Positions 13,101 through 24,600 of a stretch of 64,000 nt of DNA are shown here, piece after piece (position 1 is the stretch's first letter; every line of letters starts with the position of its first letter). The notes under the pieces were generated by a model. That model saw only the letters and a list, made by a program, of their open reading frames with translations, did not search any database and was not told the origin of the DNA. Source of the DNA: Ylistrum balloti (Eukaryota); contig NW_026782106.1 of the NCBI RefSeq assembly GCF_031769215.1, positions 496,001 to 560,000 on the forward strand. The letters run 5' to 3'. A program made the translations under genes and the position numbers.

Positions 13101-14120
13101 CTGTATTCACATATAGATGTGTGATGATAAGGATACTTACGGTATTCACATATAGATGTGTGATGATACAGAGCCGTTCCACAGTCATAGTCTCGCCACC
13201 TTCCGTTGTCGTCGAGTCGCATCAGGGCACAGTCCTCGTATCCTGCCTTAGAGAATAAGAATCCGTGAGACGGTCCCTCACCTGGACGCCAGTACCCGTA
13301 GGATAATACCGTACCTGTAAATATACGTGGAATATCGTGAAACGTACAAGCGGCTTGAGGTGGCCTTATGGTGCATAGAAAAAAGGCAATGCCATCAGCA
13401 TGTCGAAACTTCGACAATTCCTGACTTGAAATGACATATGTATCCAAACAGTTCAAAGAATGTTAACGGGAAACATGTACTTCAGCTTCTGAACCTGTTA
13501 TAGATAACGTGTAAACTTACCGTCTGTCCACTTCCATGTACCCTCACTCTCGTGGTCCGTGGCTCCTATCCATACCCCCTGGTCTCTCCAGTTCATGGCC
13601 TTTAATGTGTTGTAGATAAAGTCTTGTTTGTCTCGGTCCTGAATCTGCACTAGACGACCTCCATGATGATGACAATTGGAATTGGCACCATTCCAAGATT
13701 GTTTTCCAGTAATGAGGTAGAGACACTTGTCGCTATACGACTTCACGTATTGAGTCCTTGGCAGGAAAGCCGGACACTGCGCAAGGTCCTCAAGAAGGCT
13801 TCCATTTACTGTAAGTAAGAAAAGAGAATGTTGTTTGTGATAAATATGCTCTATCGTCGAATAAAAAAAATCTTTGCTAATCTCTTTTAAATTTCGCGAT
13901 CCTTTCTGAACAAGAGATATACTGCTAAGACTTTCTGTGGGTAAATCTTTAGCAAAGAAGATTTAAACATGTATTCCCAAATTTACAAAACTTTCTCTCT
14001 AGTTATTCCAAGAAAGTTAAAGATTGACTATTCTCCTATTTCTGCATTGGGATTGAAAACCATACCTGATAATATTGCTACGATAACAAACAAAAGTATC
14101 AGGTCTACTGTTCTTCCCAT
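10165..14120 (-). CDS. Type-I transmembrane C-type lectin with Thr-rich mucin stalk, paralog 2 (about 442 aa)
   Basis: Exons 14120-14066 (MGRTVDLILLFVIVAILS), 13808-13521 and 13314-13141 (CTLD: WNGANSNC, VWIGATD, EDCALM, WRDYDC, SICEY), 12116-11580 (Thr-rich), 11261-11181, 10566-10491 (TM IYIAIGAGSCGVLVLVAAILALVL) and 10282-10165 (RRQR...ENPIY...ENSFV*). All GT-AG, phases consistent, sum 1329 nt = 443 codons. Confidence 0.92.
11580..12116 (-). repeat. Coding Thr-rich repeat (T4-6-M/I-P)n, mucin-stalk exon of paralog 2
   Basis: ACA/ACG/ACT-rich trinucleotide-based repeat bounded by an AG acceptor at 12117-12118 and a GT donor at 11578-11579. Confidence 0.9.
12341..13170 (-). repeat. 39-bp minisatellite (21 units) spanning the exon-3 end and its 5' splice site
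   Basis: Minus-strand unit TATCATCACACATCTATATGTGAATACC|GTAAGTACCTG. Exon-end positions 13141, 13102, 13063 ... 12751, 12712 are exactly 39 apart, followed by a few 40-nt units down to 12358. Confidence 0.95.
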
Positions 14121-14871
14121 TGCTGTTGTTTATGCTGGCTTTGTCTTTTCTGTGAGGTGAGCATGGGTGAGAAGTATATATACCTATCTACCCAAATCAG
14201 AAGTGGCGTGACAATATTATCCAATGGTCATCAACCTGATACCTAAATTTCTTGTAGATAAACACCCATCCTTCACATCAGATAGGATGACAAAGGCTGG
14301 TGAATACGATCGATGTACCTCTGATCTATAGGTCATTGTGATGTATAGATATATATTGTTTATATATTATTCACAAATCGAGATTATATCAGATGCGTGA
14401 ACGTTCACGTTTACACAGATATAAACACTGAATACTATAAACTTATACTATTGTAGACTAATTACTGATTAACTACATATAAAGCATCTATGTAAAGGAT
14501 ATTGATTTATTTTCTTATTTTAAGTCAACGGTAGCTTTAAACTGTTAAATGATTACTACTGTTTTATCTAATTTTATTTATTTCTTTGTTTTAGATTTTA
14601 AAACAATCAATTACAATTGTTTTATCTAATTCTGTTTATTTCTTTTTAATTTTTTTATAACCATTAATTTCCTACTGTCTAATCCCTTCTTATTTCCGTA
14701 AAATTGAGAGACTATGACAATCTTGCAGCTTGATATTTTTAATTACATTAGATGAAATTCTTCGCTGTTAGTTTGCTAAAATCCAGACTGATTCAAGTGA
14801 AAACAACGCTGGCATGTAGTTAATTCACTTTCAATTGACATATTTCGATGACAGATATACGTATACAAACT

Positions 14872-15190
14872 CCGTGTGTGCACGATTATGTTACAGAAAC
14901 ATTTTACAGGTCCCTGTGTGCACAATTATATTACAGAAACATTATTACAGGTCTCTGTGTGCACGATTATATTACAGAAACATTTTACAGGTCCCTGTGT
15001 GCACGATTATGTTACAGAAACATTATTACAGGTCCCTGTGTGCACGATTATGTTACAGAAACATTTTACAGGTCTCTGTGTGCACGATTATATTACAGAA
15101 ACATTTTACAGGTCCCTGTGTGCACAATTATGTTACAGAAACATTATTACAGGTCCCTGTGTGCACAATTATGTTACAGAAACATTGTTA
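14872..15190. repeat. 40/41-bp minisatellite, about 8 copies
   Basis: Unit CCCTGTGTGCACGATTATGTTACAGAAACATT(A)TTACAGGT; unit lengths 40,41,40,41,40,40,41 plus a partial copy. Confidence 0.93.
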
Positions 15191-16559
15191 CATGTATGGT
15201 ATGGTGACATTCTCGAAGTATCTTACGACGGTACATAAGCGAATATGTTATGTAGATTTAACGAATAACCATTCAGATTCATTTTTGTATAGCTTTTTAG
15301 CTAAGAATCGACATAAACATTGTAACGGAAGGTACCTAGAGCAACCAACATTATTTGATATTTAAAAGATAATGTTAGATTTGAAAAATACAAAAAAGTT
15401 GAAAATACTGAAGACCTAATGGGCCATCCCCGTCCGTCGTCTTCGCTATCAGTGAGAGATGTCCTACAACACATCGTGTAGTGTTTACCCTATGAAACAT
15501 GCTAGAGAAACCCTTTGGTCTTCTTTAGACTGCTTTGATCTCTTTACACTAAACACATCAACCATGGTCCCCCTTGATGAAAACATTTTTGTGTGATGCT
15601 GCTGTCTGTTTCCGTTTAGTTCAGGTAGCTAACTAATGCGAATTAGGAGATATTTTACAAATGTGATTTCCGTCGCAGTTCTTCTTATTTTGTTTTGCTA
15701 TTATGAAAAGAAATGTATGCTTGACTATGGTAAGGAACATTTCTTTCTTGATTATCATTGTTATATAAATACTGAAAAAATACACAGCGTATGTTTATAC
15801 AGATTATTTTCCATAGGTCTTGGCAATATTTGTGTCAGAAAAGCCCACAACCTAGTGGATGTCCCGTTAATATATATAAAAGGAAAACTTCGTCTTCACT
15901 GAAAAGACAAAATTATTTATTACAATACCAGCTTTCTACACTCAATCTATCGAAAATACAAATGTTAGAAAGCCACCATCATGTTTATATTTCGCCTTCC
16001 CGTTGTATTAGGTATATATCTCGTCGTACCTAGTAGGATTATATCACTACGTACATTAACCCACCTGATTTACATTGCTACTAATATATGATTTCTCCAG
16101 GCTAGAGTGTTTACTTATCAGTCCCAAAATCAATAGGGGTTGCAATTTTTCGTCCGTTCAAGTTGTGGGTTGCACCTATCAATCAATAAAATAATTTTGA
16201 AAATTCGTCAAATTTCCAGTCAAAAGCACTGGGGTCTAATGGAGAGAAGTGGATGAAAATCCCAGTTTTCATTTCCTGCATGAAACGGAAAAATTTCTGA
16301 AAATGAATGGACTCCACGAGTAAACATCAGTACGGAGTAAACCGTAAATGCAACTCACAATTGTACATGGAGGTTGGACAGACAGACCACAGACACGGGG
16401 CGATTTGAATGGACGACCATCTGATGATAATGGACTAAAAATTCTACGTTAACGTGCTAATAGTAGCAACGTGTCCATTGTCCAGCTATTCATATGTAGG
16501 TCACTTACGTCATATATTTAATATATTATGAATCGGGGTGTCGGTTCAGAGCATGTATT

Positions 16560-18330
16560 TTCATTGATTAAATTAACGATTTGGTATAGCTCTTCAGGTA
16601 TTCCAAACTTTCATGTTCGTCAGTTTCTAGAATTCAAGATGTCAATTTCCTTTCATCAATGAAGAATGCTTCAAGGATAATACTCCTGGTAGGTGAATAC
16701 CTTCACATATATTCTAACAGTATCAACAGTATATCCTTCTCCAGAAAATCACTCCATAACACAAATATGAAACAGAATTTCTTTTATTTAATACAATCGC
16801 TGATGAAAGGTTCCGTCGTTTAAACGATGACACAAAAGTCATGATCAAACATCTTCCTAAGACCTTCTTTCTTTTCCACACCCTCTCTACTACATCAATT
16901 CTTGTTGACGTTCATCTCTTCCTTTCTTTACTGATACCTTTAATTTACAGCAGATACTTATTTTATATATTGGCATGCCCATTGCATGTAGATAACACCT
17001 TTGCTTATTTCAACCACTCATTTCTGTGCTTTCTCGTGAACTTAATATCTCATTTCCCCCCTCATTTTCCATGTCATAATTATCTCTTTTTCGGGTTTCC
17101 TGTTGACTATTCTCTTACACAGGCGCCTATTCTCTCAGTCTTGTCAAATTCTGTAACTCTTCCGATTTCCACACTTCCTCTCGACGTTCGTTTTTCCCTT
17201 AGGCTCCATCTCTCTTTGTCATGCGCTGTCTGACAAACTGACTCTTCCTCTATATCTGCCCGTTTCAGCCGTTTCCTCTGTCATTCACATTTTTCCTCTC
17301 GACCTTTCATGTTTCCTCTCAATCTCCTGTCTTTAATTTTACAAAGCCATAGCTTTATCTTCAAATCCCGCGCTCTCTGTCGACCTTTCTCACTCCCGTT
17401 TCCCTCTTTTATTTGCATATTCTATTCCAACCGACCCCTCTCAACTCCAAGTTTCCTCCCGATCTCCCTTTTTCATTCCATTGTTTCCTTTCGATTTCAT
17501 CCTCTCACTCATTTGACCCCTCAGGATTTCCCCATCTCGCGCCTTTGTTTCCTCTGGATCTCCCTCTCTCAGTATCTTCTCTTATCTCCCTCTCTATTGT
17601 ATATAATTTGGATCTCCTCGTGCCGATGCTTTATTTCGAATTTCCTCTCTCGCTCTATAAGTTCCTCTAGATCCATTCCCTCATTAATTTGTTCACTTTT
17701 TTTTTCTTTTTCCTCTGACTAATTTGCTCCCTTTTGATCTCTTTCTCTAATTCCTATGCTTCATTTCGATTTCCTCTCCCACTCTCTTACGTGCTCTTGA
17801 CCCCTCCTTCACTTATTTGATTCCTTTCGTCTTCTTTCTCTCACCTCCCCCTCTAGATTTTGACCTTTTCTTGATCACTTTCCATTTTCCTCAGTCGCCT
17901 CATTAGCTTCAAGGCCCTTAAATCACTGACACGGGACAAGTTGAAGACCGAAACAGATGTATGGCGTAGTTTATTTCATTGCTTGGCTCTACTGTATCCG
18001 ATTCTGAATTTGTTTTAAAAGGCGCTATTCACTTGCGGGTCTTTTGTACAATATTCCGTGCTTCCTTTCTGATTTCCTCTTTCTTTCTTCTGCCCCTTAC
18101 TGATTCTTACCCTCACTTCTTTGCTTTCTCTCGACTTCGTTCTCTCATGCCTTTGCTTCATCTCGATCTTCCTCCCTCACCCTCATTTTGACCTTTCTGT
18201 CTCGCGTCTTTCTTTCCTCTGATCTCCTTTTCATTCCCATACTTTATTTTTACCTTCGTCCATCTTTCCTGTGCTTACTTTCAACCTTAATCTCATTCTC
18301 AGTTGAGCTCATCCTCTGCCGATTATTTCG
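16560..18330 (-). pseudogene. Decayed purine-rich Glu/Arg/Lys-rich coding relic, possibly ending in a TIR-like remnant
   Basis: Strong strand asymmetry (pyrimidine-rich on +). The minus strand begins MHLRNNRQRMSSTENEIKVESK and recurs as GD(R/P/L)EE-like units with many stops. The distal part reads ...FISDCIK*KKFCFIFVLWSDFLEKDILLILLE. Confidence 0.35.
17903..18025 (+). mobile_element. Degenerate second copy of the hammerhead-bearing repeat seen at 4430-4600
   Basis: CGAAACAGATGTATGGCGTAGTTTATTTCATTGCTTGGCTCTACTGTATCCGATTCTGAATTTGTTTTAAAAGGC aligns by eye with CAGCTGTATGATGCAGTCTATTTCATTATTTGGCTTTATGGTATGTACTTCTAAATTTGTCTTTAAAAATGC (4523-4595). Upstream ATCACTGAC is retained but the core is damaged. 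Confidence 0.7.
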
Positions 18331-18648
18331 TAAATGCATATTTTTTTATATCATTAATAACGATACGACGATGAAATGATTATATGTTACTGACCTTACT
18401 TATAGCAATTATGTTACACAGTCACTGGTATATTGATAAAGCGTAATGATAGTGTTCCTGTTAAAGACGGTCAGATATTAACATTTTCCTGTTATAACAA
18501 CTGACATAAATTTATATAAGAAACAAAGTGTGACAATTAACGTTAATCTTTACCAGCAATAATGACAAATCAATGAGCTCCAAGTTTTTTAGAGTTCCGA
18601 ATTACACATTTCGTAAGTCCTGTTTGGACATCAAGCAATTTAAATCAT

Positions 18649-21600
18649 TTACGGGAAGCTATTTTCTGGGATAGCTCCATTTCCATGCATGATATCATAT
18701 AAAGGATTTCCCTCTGTGTTGGTCGTTTTGTCTTTTGTTTCTTCTTCTGTCTGGCGAGTGCGTCTTCTATTAAATAAAATATTTAAGATTAGTCAGGTTC
18801 GTAAGACATTCTGATAAAATACGCGTAATAACATCAATGTGAAATACAAAACATATACATTCTATTGTTCTCAGGACTTCCGGGCTATTTCGACACCATT
18901 CAATTTTTCATTGAAAAAGAGTCTCATTGATCTTAACGGTCATCTATAAAGACCTAGCAGTTGTGGTAGTGTAATCAATTATTAAATGATTAAATCAATA
19001 ACGATATTATAGAAGATAAGGTGATAAAAATCACAATATTGTTCAATTCAGTTTATCCTCCTTCCCACAAAATTTCAGTTCAATGGCACCAGTGGAACTT
19101 AAGAAGAGGTTCAACATGCGTGGGTTTCTTTAATGGCAGTCATTTAGAATTCAGGACTGACCCAGAAAAATAAGAACGTTTAGTGAGGACCTTCTAAGGA
19201 TCCTTACAGGCAAATTTGAGCTGAGTCACACATATGAAGCTTGGGAAGTTTAAAATAGTTGTTTAGTTGTTACTTTCAAAAATTGCTGCCGTGACAGCCA
19301 TGTCAAAGTTTCGAGGACGTAAATGTGTAACACCACATTGTCGACTTCCTTTTCTTTACATTCATGCCAAATTCTGTTCATTGACATCAGTGAAACTTGA
19401 GAAGTTAAAACGTGGTTTTTTTTTCAATATTGCGGCCATCTTGGTGAATAGAGCAGAACACATCTCAGAACAATCTCAGAATTATTCATAGCAAGTATCG
19501 GATCAATCGCATTTATTGAAGAAGTTTGAAATGTTCCCGGCAAACGACACACGACGATGGACAAAACAAGGTGGCTAAAAGTCATATAACATAAAAAGCA
19601 ATTTCTCATCAAATAAATGATAATACAAAGTAAGAGATAGAGATACAATATTATAAGGTAAAAATTTCAGTACTGTGGAAATGCATTACATGCATAAAAA
19701 ATATCCAAAAATTATTTAAATTCTTCCCAGTTCTATCCTTCTCTTATGTAAGTTACCATTTCTAACTACAAGAGGAATCAGAGAAATGTTTACCTCAATA
19801 ACACTGTTAGGATTGCCGCCACCAGGATTACAACTCCACAGCTGCTAGCACCGATAGCAATGTATGTTCCTACAATTGGATAAACAACAATAAAAAAGCT
19901 CTCAAATGAAATTAGAACAGGGTATAAAACAAAGGAACCAACAGCCAACTAACGAGCATTAAACTCGTCCAGCTTCATATTGCACAAAGAAATAGAACAT
20001 TTCTCAAAGAGATCAATACGACGACCGTAAGCTTTCCCATTATCTTTATCAACCTGTACCATTGAAAATCTGTCATCGTGTTTGTTCGTCAGTTGGAAGA
20101 CATCTTGCACGAAAAACGTGGTAATAGGAACTGGTCCATGAATATCGATTCAACTGCGACATGTAAACACCATTGGTTTGGGATGCAGGAATGTTGTTAT
20201 CCCGAAATGGAAAATTCACAATAGTGAAATTGAAATTTTAACAGTAACAGTAGGAAGCCGCACGGCTGTACGCTTACTGTAAAAATATAGTGCGAGTCCG
20301 CTGTTCTGTTTGTTCTACTGTCTTAATTCTGTCAATTCATTTCGCATAAACAAGACCATTTAAAGCAATATGTGGATGGGAATGTAAATATTGAAAATAT
20401 GTCACAAAAATTTAGTAAAAAAATGACTTTATTGTAAAATTATTTTCTGTAGTTGACAAACGATCCCGCGAAATTGTTTTGCTATTCCATCAGTTGTCGG
20501 GCTGTTCCGACAGTGTGTAAGTGTCCAATGACTGACGATTATCATTCTCATTATTATTATTAATTTGTTTTTTTAGCAGCGTAAGTAAACTGCATTTTTG
20601 TTACAGATATTCGAAAACTCCATTAATAATGCAGCCGTGTTTTAACAAATGATCAAATGTCTGTTATGGGACATTTGATGAAGTTCTCCTGTTTTGTTAA
20701 GTACATAATTGTTTGATCGTTACCTGTGTTATCGTTAGCACTGTCATCATGTCTCGTCACCACTGCGTCCTTTATACTGTCAGATTCCACCAGTTTCCTT
20801 CTCTGAGCTGTAGAGGAAAGTAGCAATAGATAAACATCTCTTGTAAATCATTGTAAACAAAATGAACAAGTAGTCTGTGAATATATCTTCACTTCAGATT
20901 TAAGAACATTTTTAATTTTAACTATATAATAGTAATGCTATATTCTCATGATATCATTAAATCATATTCAAATTCTAAGATCAAATAAGTCACTAGAATA
21001 TTGCCATTAAATTGTTTTTTCTCTATAAATAGTAAAATTACCTTCATCTTGGAACCCTGACATACGAACACAGAATAGTCAATATATATATTTGACTTTT
21101 CAGCAAAACCGGAAACAGTTATATGCTTGACTTGCGTTAAGAACTCAAAATGAAATATTCACAAATGATGAACCACACATCTGATCAAGTGAAATATCTC
21201 AGAAGGGAAGTTAATAAAATTTTACATCCGTCGCTAAATAGATCATAACATATTGGCACTAAGCAACAGGGCTTACCACGAGGTGGTGTACCAAATTCTA
21301 TTTTGATGCCTCCGAATGTTGTCGTAATAGCAGGCATTCCTGTTGTCTTCATTTGATTTGTTGTTGTCGTCGGCATAGTTGTTGTTGTCGGCTTAGTTGT
21401 TGTTGTAGTCGGCATAGTTGTTGTCGTCGGCATAGTTGTTGTTGTTGTCGGCATAGTTGTTGTCGTCGGCATAGTTGTTGTTGTTGTCGGCATAGTTGTT
21501 GTCGTCGTCGGCATAGTTGTTGTTGTCGGCATAGTTGTTGTTGTTGGCGTAGTTGTTGTTGTTGGCGTAGTTGTTGTTGTCGGCATAGTTGTTGTCGTCG

Positions 21601-24600
21601 TCGGCATAGTTGTTGTTGTCGGCATAGTTGTTGTCGTCGTCGGCATAGTTGTTGTTGTCGGCATAGTTGTTGTCGTCGTCGGCATAGTTGTTGTTGTTGT
21701 CGGCATAGTTGTTGTTGTTGTTGTCGGCATAGTTGTTGTCGTCGTCGGCATAGTTGTCGTTGTTGTAGTCGGCATAGTTGTTGTAGTCGGCATAGTTGTT
21801 GTAGTCGGCATAGTTGTTGTTGTTGTCGTCGGCATAGTTGTTGTTGTTGTCGGTGACATTGTTGTAGCTCGAACAACTTTTTCTGTAAAATTATTAGATA
21901 TAATGAGTATACTGAACATCTCCCTGGATTATACTGTTACATAAATCCCTAGAAAGGAAGTAAAGTCCCATGAATTGTGTGTGATAGTGCTGTTAATATA
22001 TTAACTCGAATTCCAGTAAAAGATTGAGATATATAGGTTAATAATTGATATCAACAGTGCAGAATATACAAGGGTGCACCACAGAGACGTGTCTCACGAA
22101 GAATCAAAAGGACTCATTAGTGAAAATATTACCAAAAGTACGGTAAAACTCGACGCAAAATCATCCAATCGACATCAAATACATTAGCCTACTTTTATAA
22201 CCACACGGTACTTAGATATCCAAATATAGGTAAGTGAGGTTTATTTAAGTTATTTACACTAATCCCTAGTGAAGAATAATAAAACGGATCGTTAAGATTG
22301 GAAAAGATAAACGCTTTCTTGTGAGTTATTCAATACACACAAAAATATCATTTCATGGTATCGTCCTTTCAAAAGGCTTGATACTTATTCACATATAGAT
22401 GTGTGATGATAAGGATATTTACGGTATTCACATGTAGATGTGTGATGATACAGGTAATTACGGTATTTACACGTAGATGTGTGATGATACAGGTAATTAC
22501 GGTATTCACACATAGATGTGTGATGATAAGGATACTTACGGTATTCACATATAGATGTGTGATGATACAAAATTGTCCCACAGTCGTAGTCGTGCCATCG
22601 TCCACTATCGTCGAGTCGCATCAGGGCACAGTCCTCGTATCCTGCCTTAGAGAATAGGAATCCGTGAGCCGGTCCCTCACCTGGATGCCAGTTTCCATAA
22701 GACAGCTTCGTACCTGTAACATAAACATATCAAGAATATCAGTTAAGCGCACAAGAACAAGAAATGTTGGTCGGTTTTTAATTTACACAATGGACATGCT
22801 TAACAATTTGAATTTGAGAAACAAAGGCAATATTAATTTAGGGAAATGAACAACCGGTATTTCAGGTTGTAGATTAAAAGAGTGACCAGGGGCTCAAATA
22901 TACCCCACACCTAAATCAAAGTTGTCAAGGGTGACCTTTGACCTTGATCAATGACCACCCACTATTCAGAAGCAGAACATGCTGATCTGATGCTACGATA
23001 AAAACAGAGGCCAATGGAGCTAAACGGTCACCTGACTTATCTCAACCGAACTTATAAGCAAAGGGCCATAACTCTGCAAACATCTAATTGGTCCCATTGT
23101 CAAACATTTCCGAGATCTTAATAATACAAGGCAGCATATCAAGTTTCATCAAAATCTGTTCATATTTACTCAAGCTATCATACTCATAAAGGGCATAGTA
23201 ATAAAATTACAAAGGGCCATAACTCTTTACATTATTATCAAATCGGTCCCATTGTCGGACACATTTGAGATATTTGATTCATCAATATCCATTCATATCT
23301 ACACAAATAACCGAGTTCACTAGCAAAAATGTTAGTACAAGACAGACGACGACGGACGAAGAACGATCGGATTAGGTCACCATGACCTATGACCTTATAA
23401 AACTTACCGTCTGTCCACTTCCACCTCCCCTCACTATCGTGGTCCGTGGCTCCTATCCATACCCCCCGGTCTCCCCAGTTCATGGCCTTTAATGTGTTGT
23501 AGATAAAATCCTGTTTGTCTTGGTCCTGAATCTGCACTAAACGACCTCCATGACCATGACAATTGGAATTGGCACCATTCCAGGAGCGTTTTCCAGTAAT
23601 AAGATACAGACAAACGTCGCCGTAGGATTTCACATACTGTGTCCGAGGTAAAAATGGTAGACAGTCTCCGAGGTCATCCGCTAGGTTGCCGTTTACGTGT
23701 ACTAAATCAAATATGAGAACAAGGTTTGTGATAGAGAGAATTACGGATACATTAAATGCTGACTAATGAATAAAAATACGCCTTACAATTTTATTCATCT
23801 TTCAGGAAATTAAAGATAAATGCATACGTAATTACTGGTAATCACTTATCAATCCCGAAGACAATCACAACCTTCATCTTACTATCCAAACAAAACAGTA
23901 CTACCAATCATATTAAAAACGGTAAGGTGCATTATTCCTTTTAAAGGTTAAATCCAAGACATCACAACCGAAAATGAACATGTTTGATTCATAATTTATG
24001 TACCATAAACATTAATTACAGTCGATAGACGAGAATTCTTCATATTCTTTACTACGAAGTCTCCTGGTTCAAGCAACAATAATTTTACGTCAATCTTACA
24101 TATGAATACACGCTTCTGAAACAACACAAACTATTAAATATCACACTCCATCCAATTAAGAGTGGAGAAGATAATCATATTCTACGTAAAATGAAATCGG
24201 GGGCATCGTTCATAATAACAAAAAGTTTGAAAAATCTTTTTATTTCAAATTTTCAATATTGAATATCACTCACAATGATATTTCTTTTCATATCTTCATA
24301 ATCGTACAAAACACAAGTGATTTTTTTTAAAAAAAGTCGTTATTGTACATGGTTGAGCCAAATAAAGAATTAAAGCGCGTCATATTCATGTTGTTGTTTG
24401 TCCTAAGGCTTGTCAGTGATGTTGAGGGCTTAAATTTATACTTAGTAGGCTACTGTGGTACTTGCTCTAGATAAGGTCAGTTGTGTACTAACTCCAATTA
24501 ATGTAAAAATGTCATGATTTCTATGATCTATTAATTTGATGTTCTGAACCGTGACACTATTTGATTGAATTAAAACATTGCATGCGTACCTTTTAAAAGT

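Noticed and set aside
12341-13170. 39-bp array as a CRISPR-like locus
   Set aside because: Units are head-to-tail with no unique spacers, there are no cas genes, and the context is eukaryotic.
14835-15365. Three overlapping ORFs with Cys/His periodicity
   Set aside because: Products of the 40/41-bp repeat; no domain or splice support.
16841-18379. Plus-strand Leu/Phe/Ser-rich 'membrane protein' ORFs
   Set aside because: A by-product of the pyrimidine-rich strand of the decayed purine-rich tract.
21349-21876. RQQQLC and CCCRHS ORFs
   Set aside because: Same repeat artefact in the paralog 3 mucin exon.
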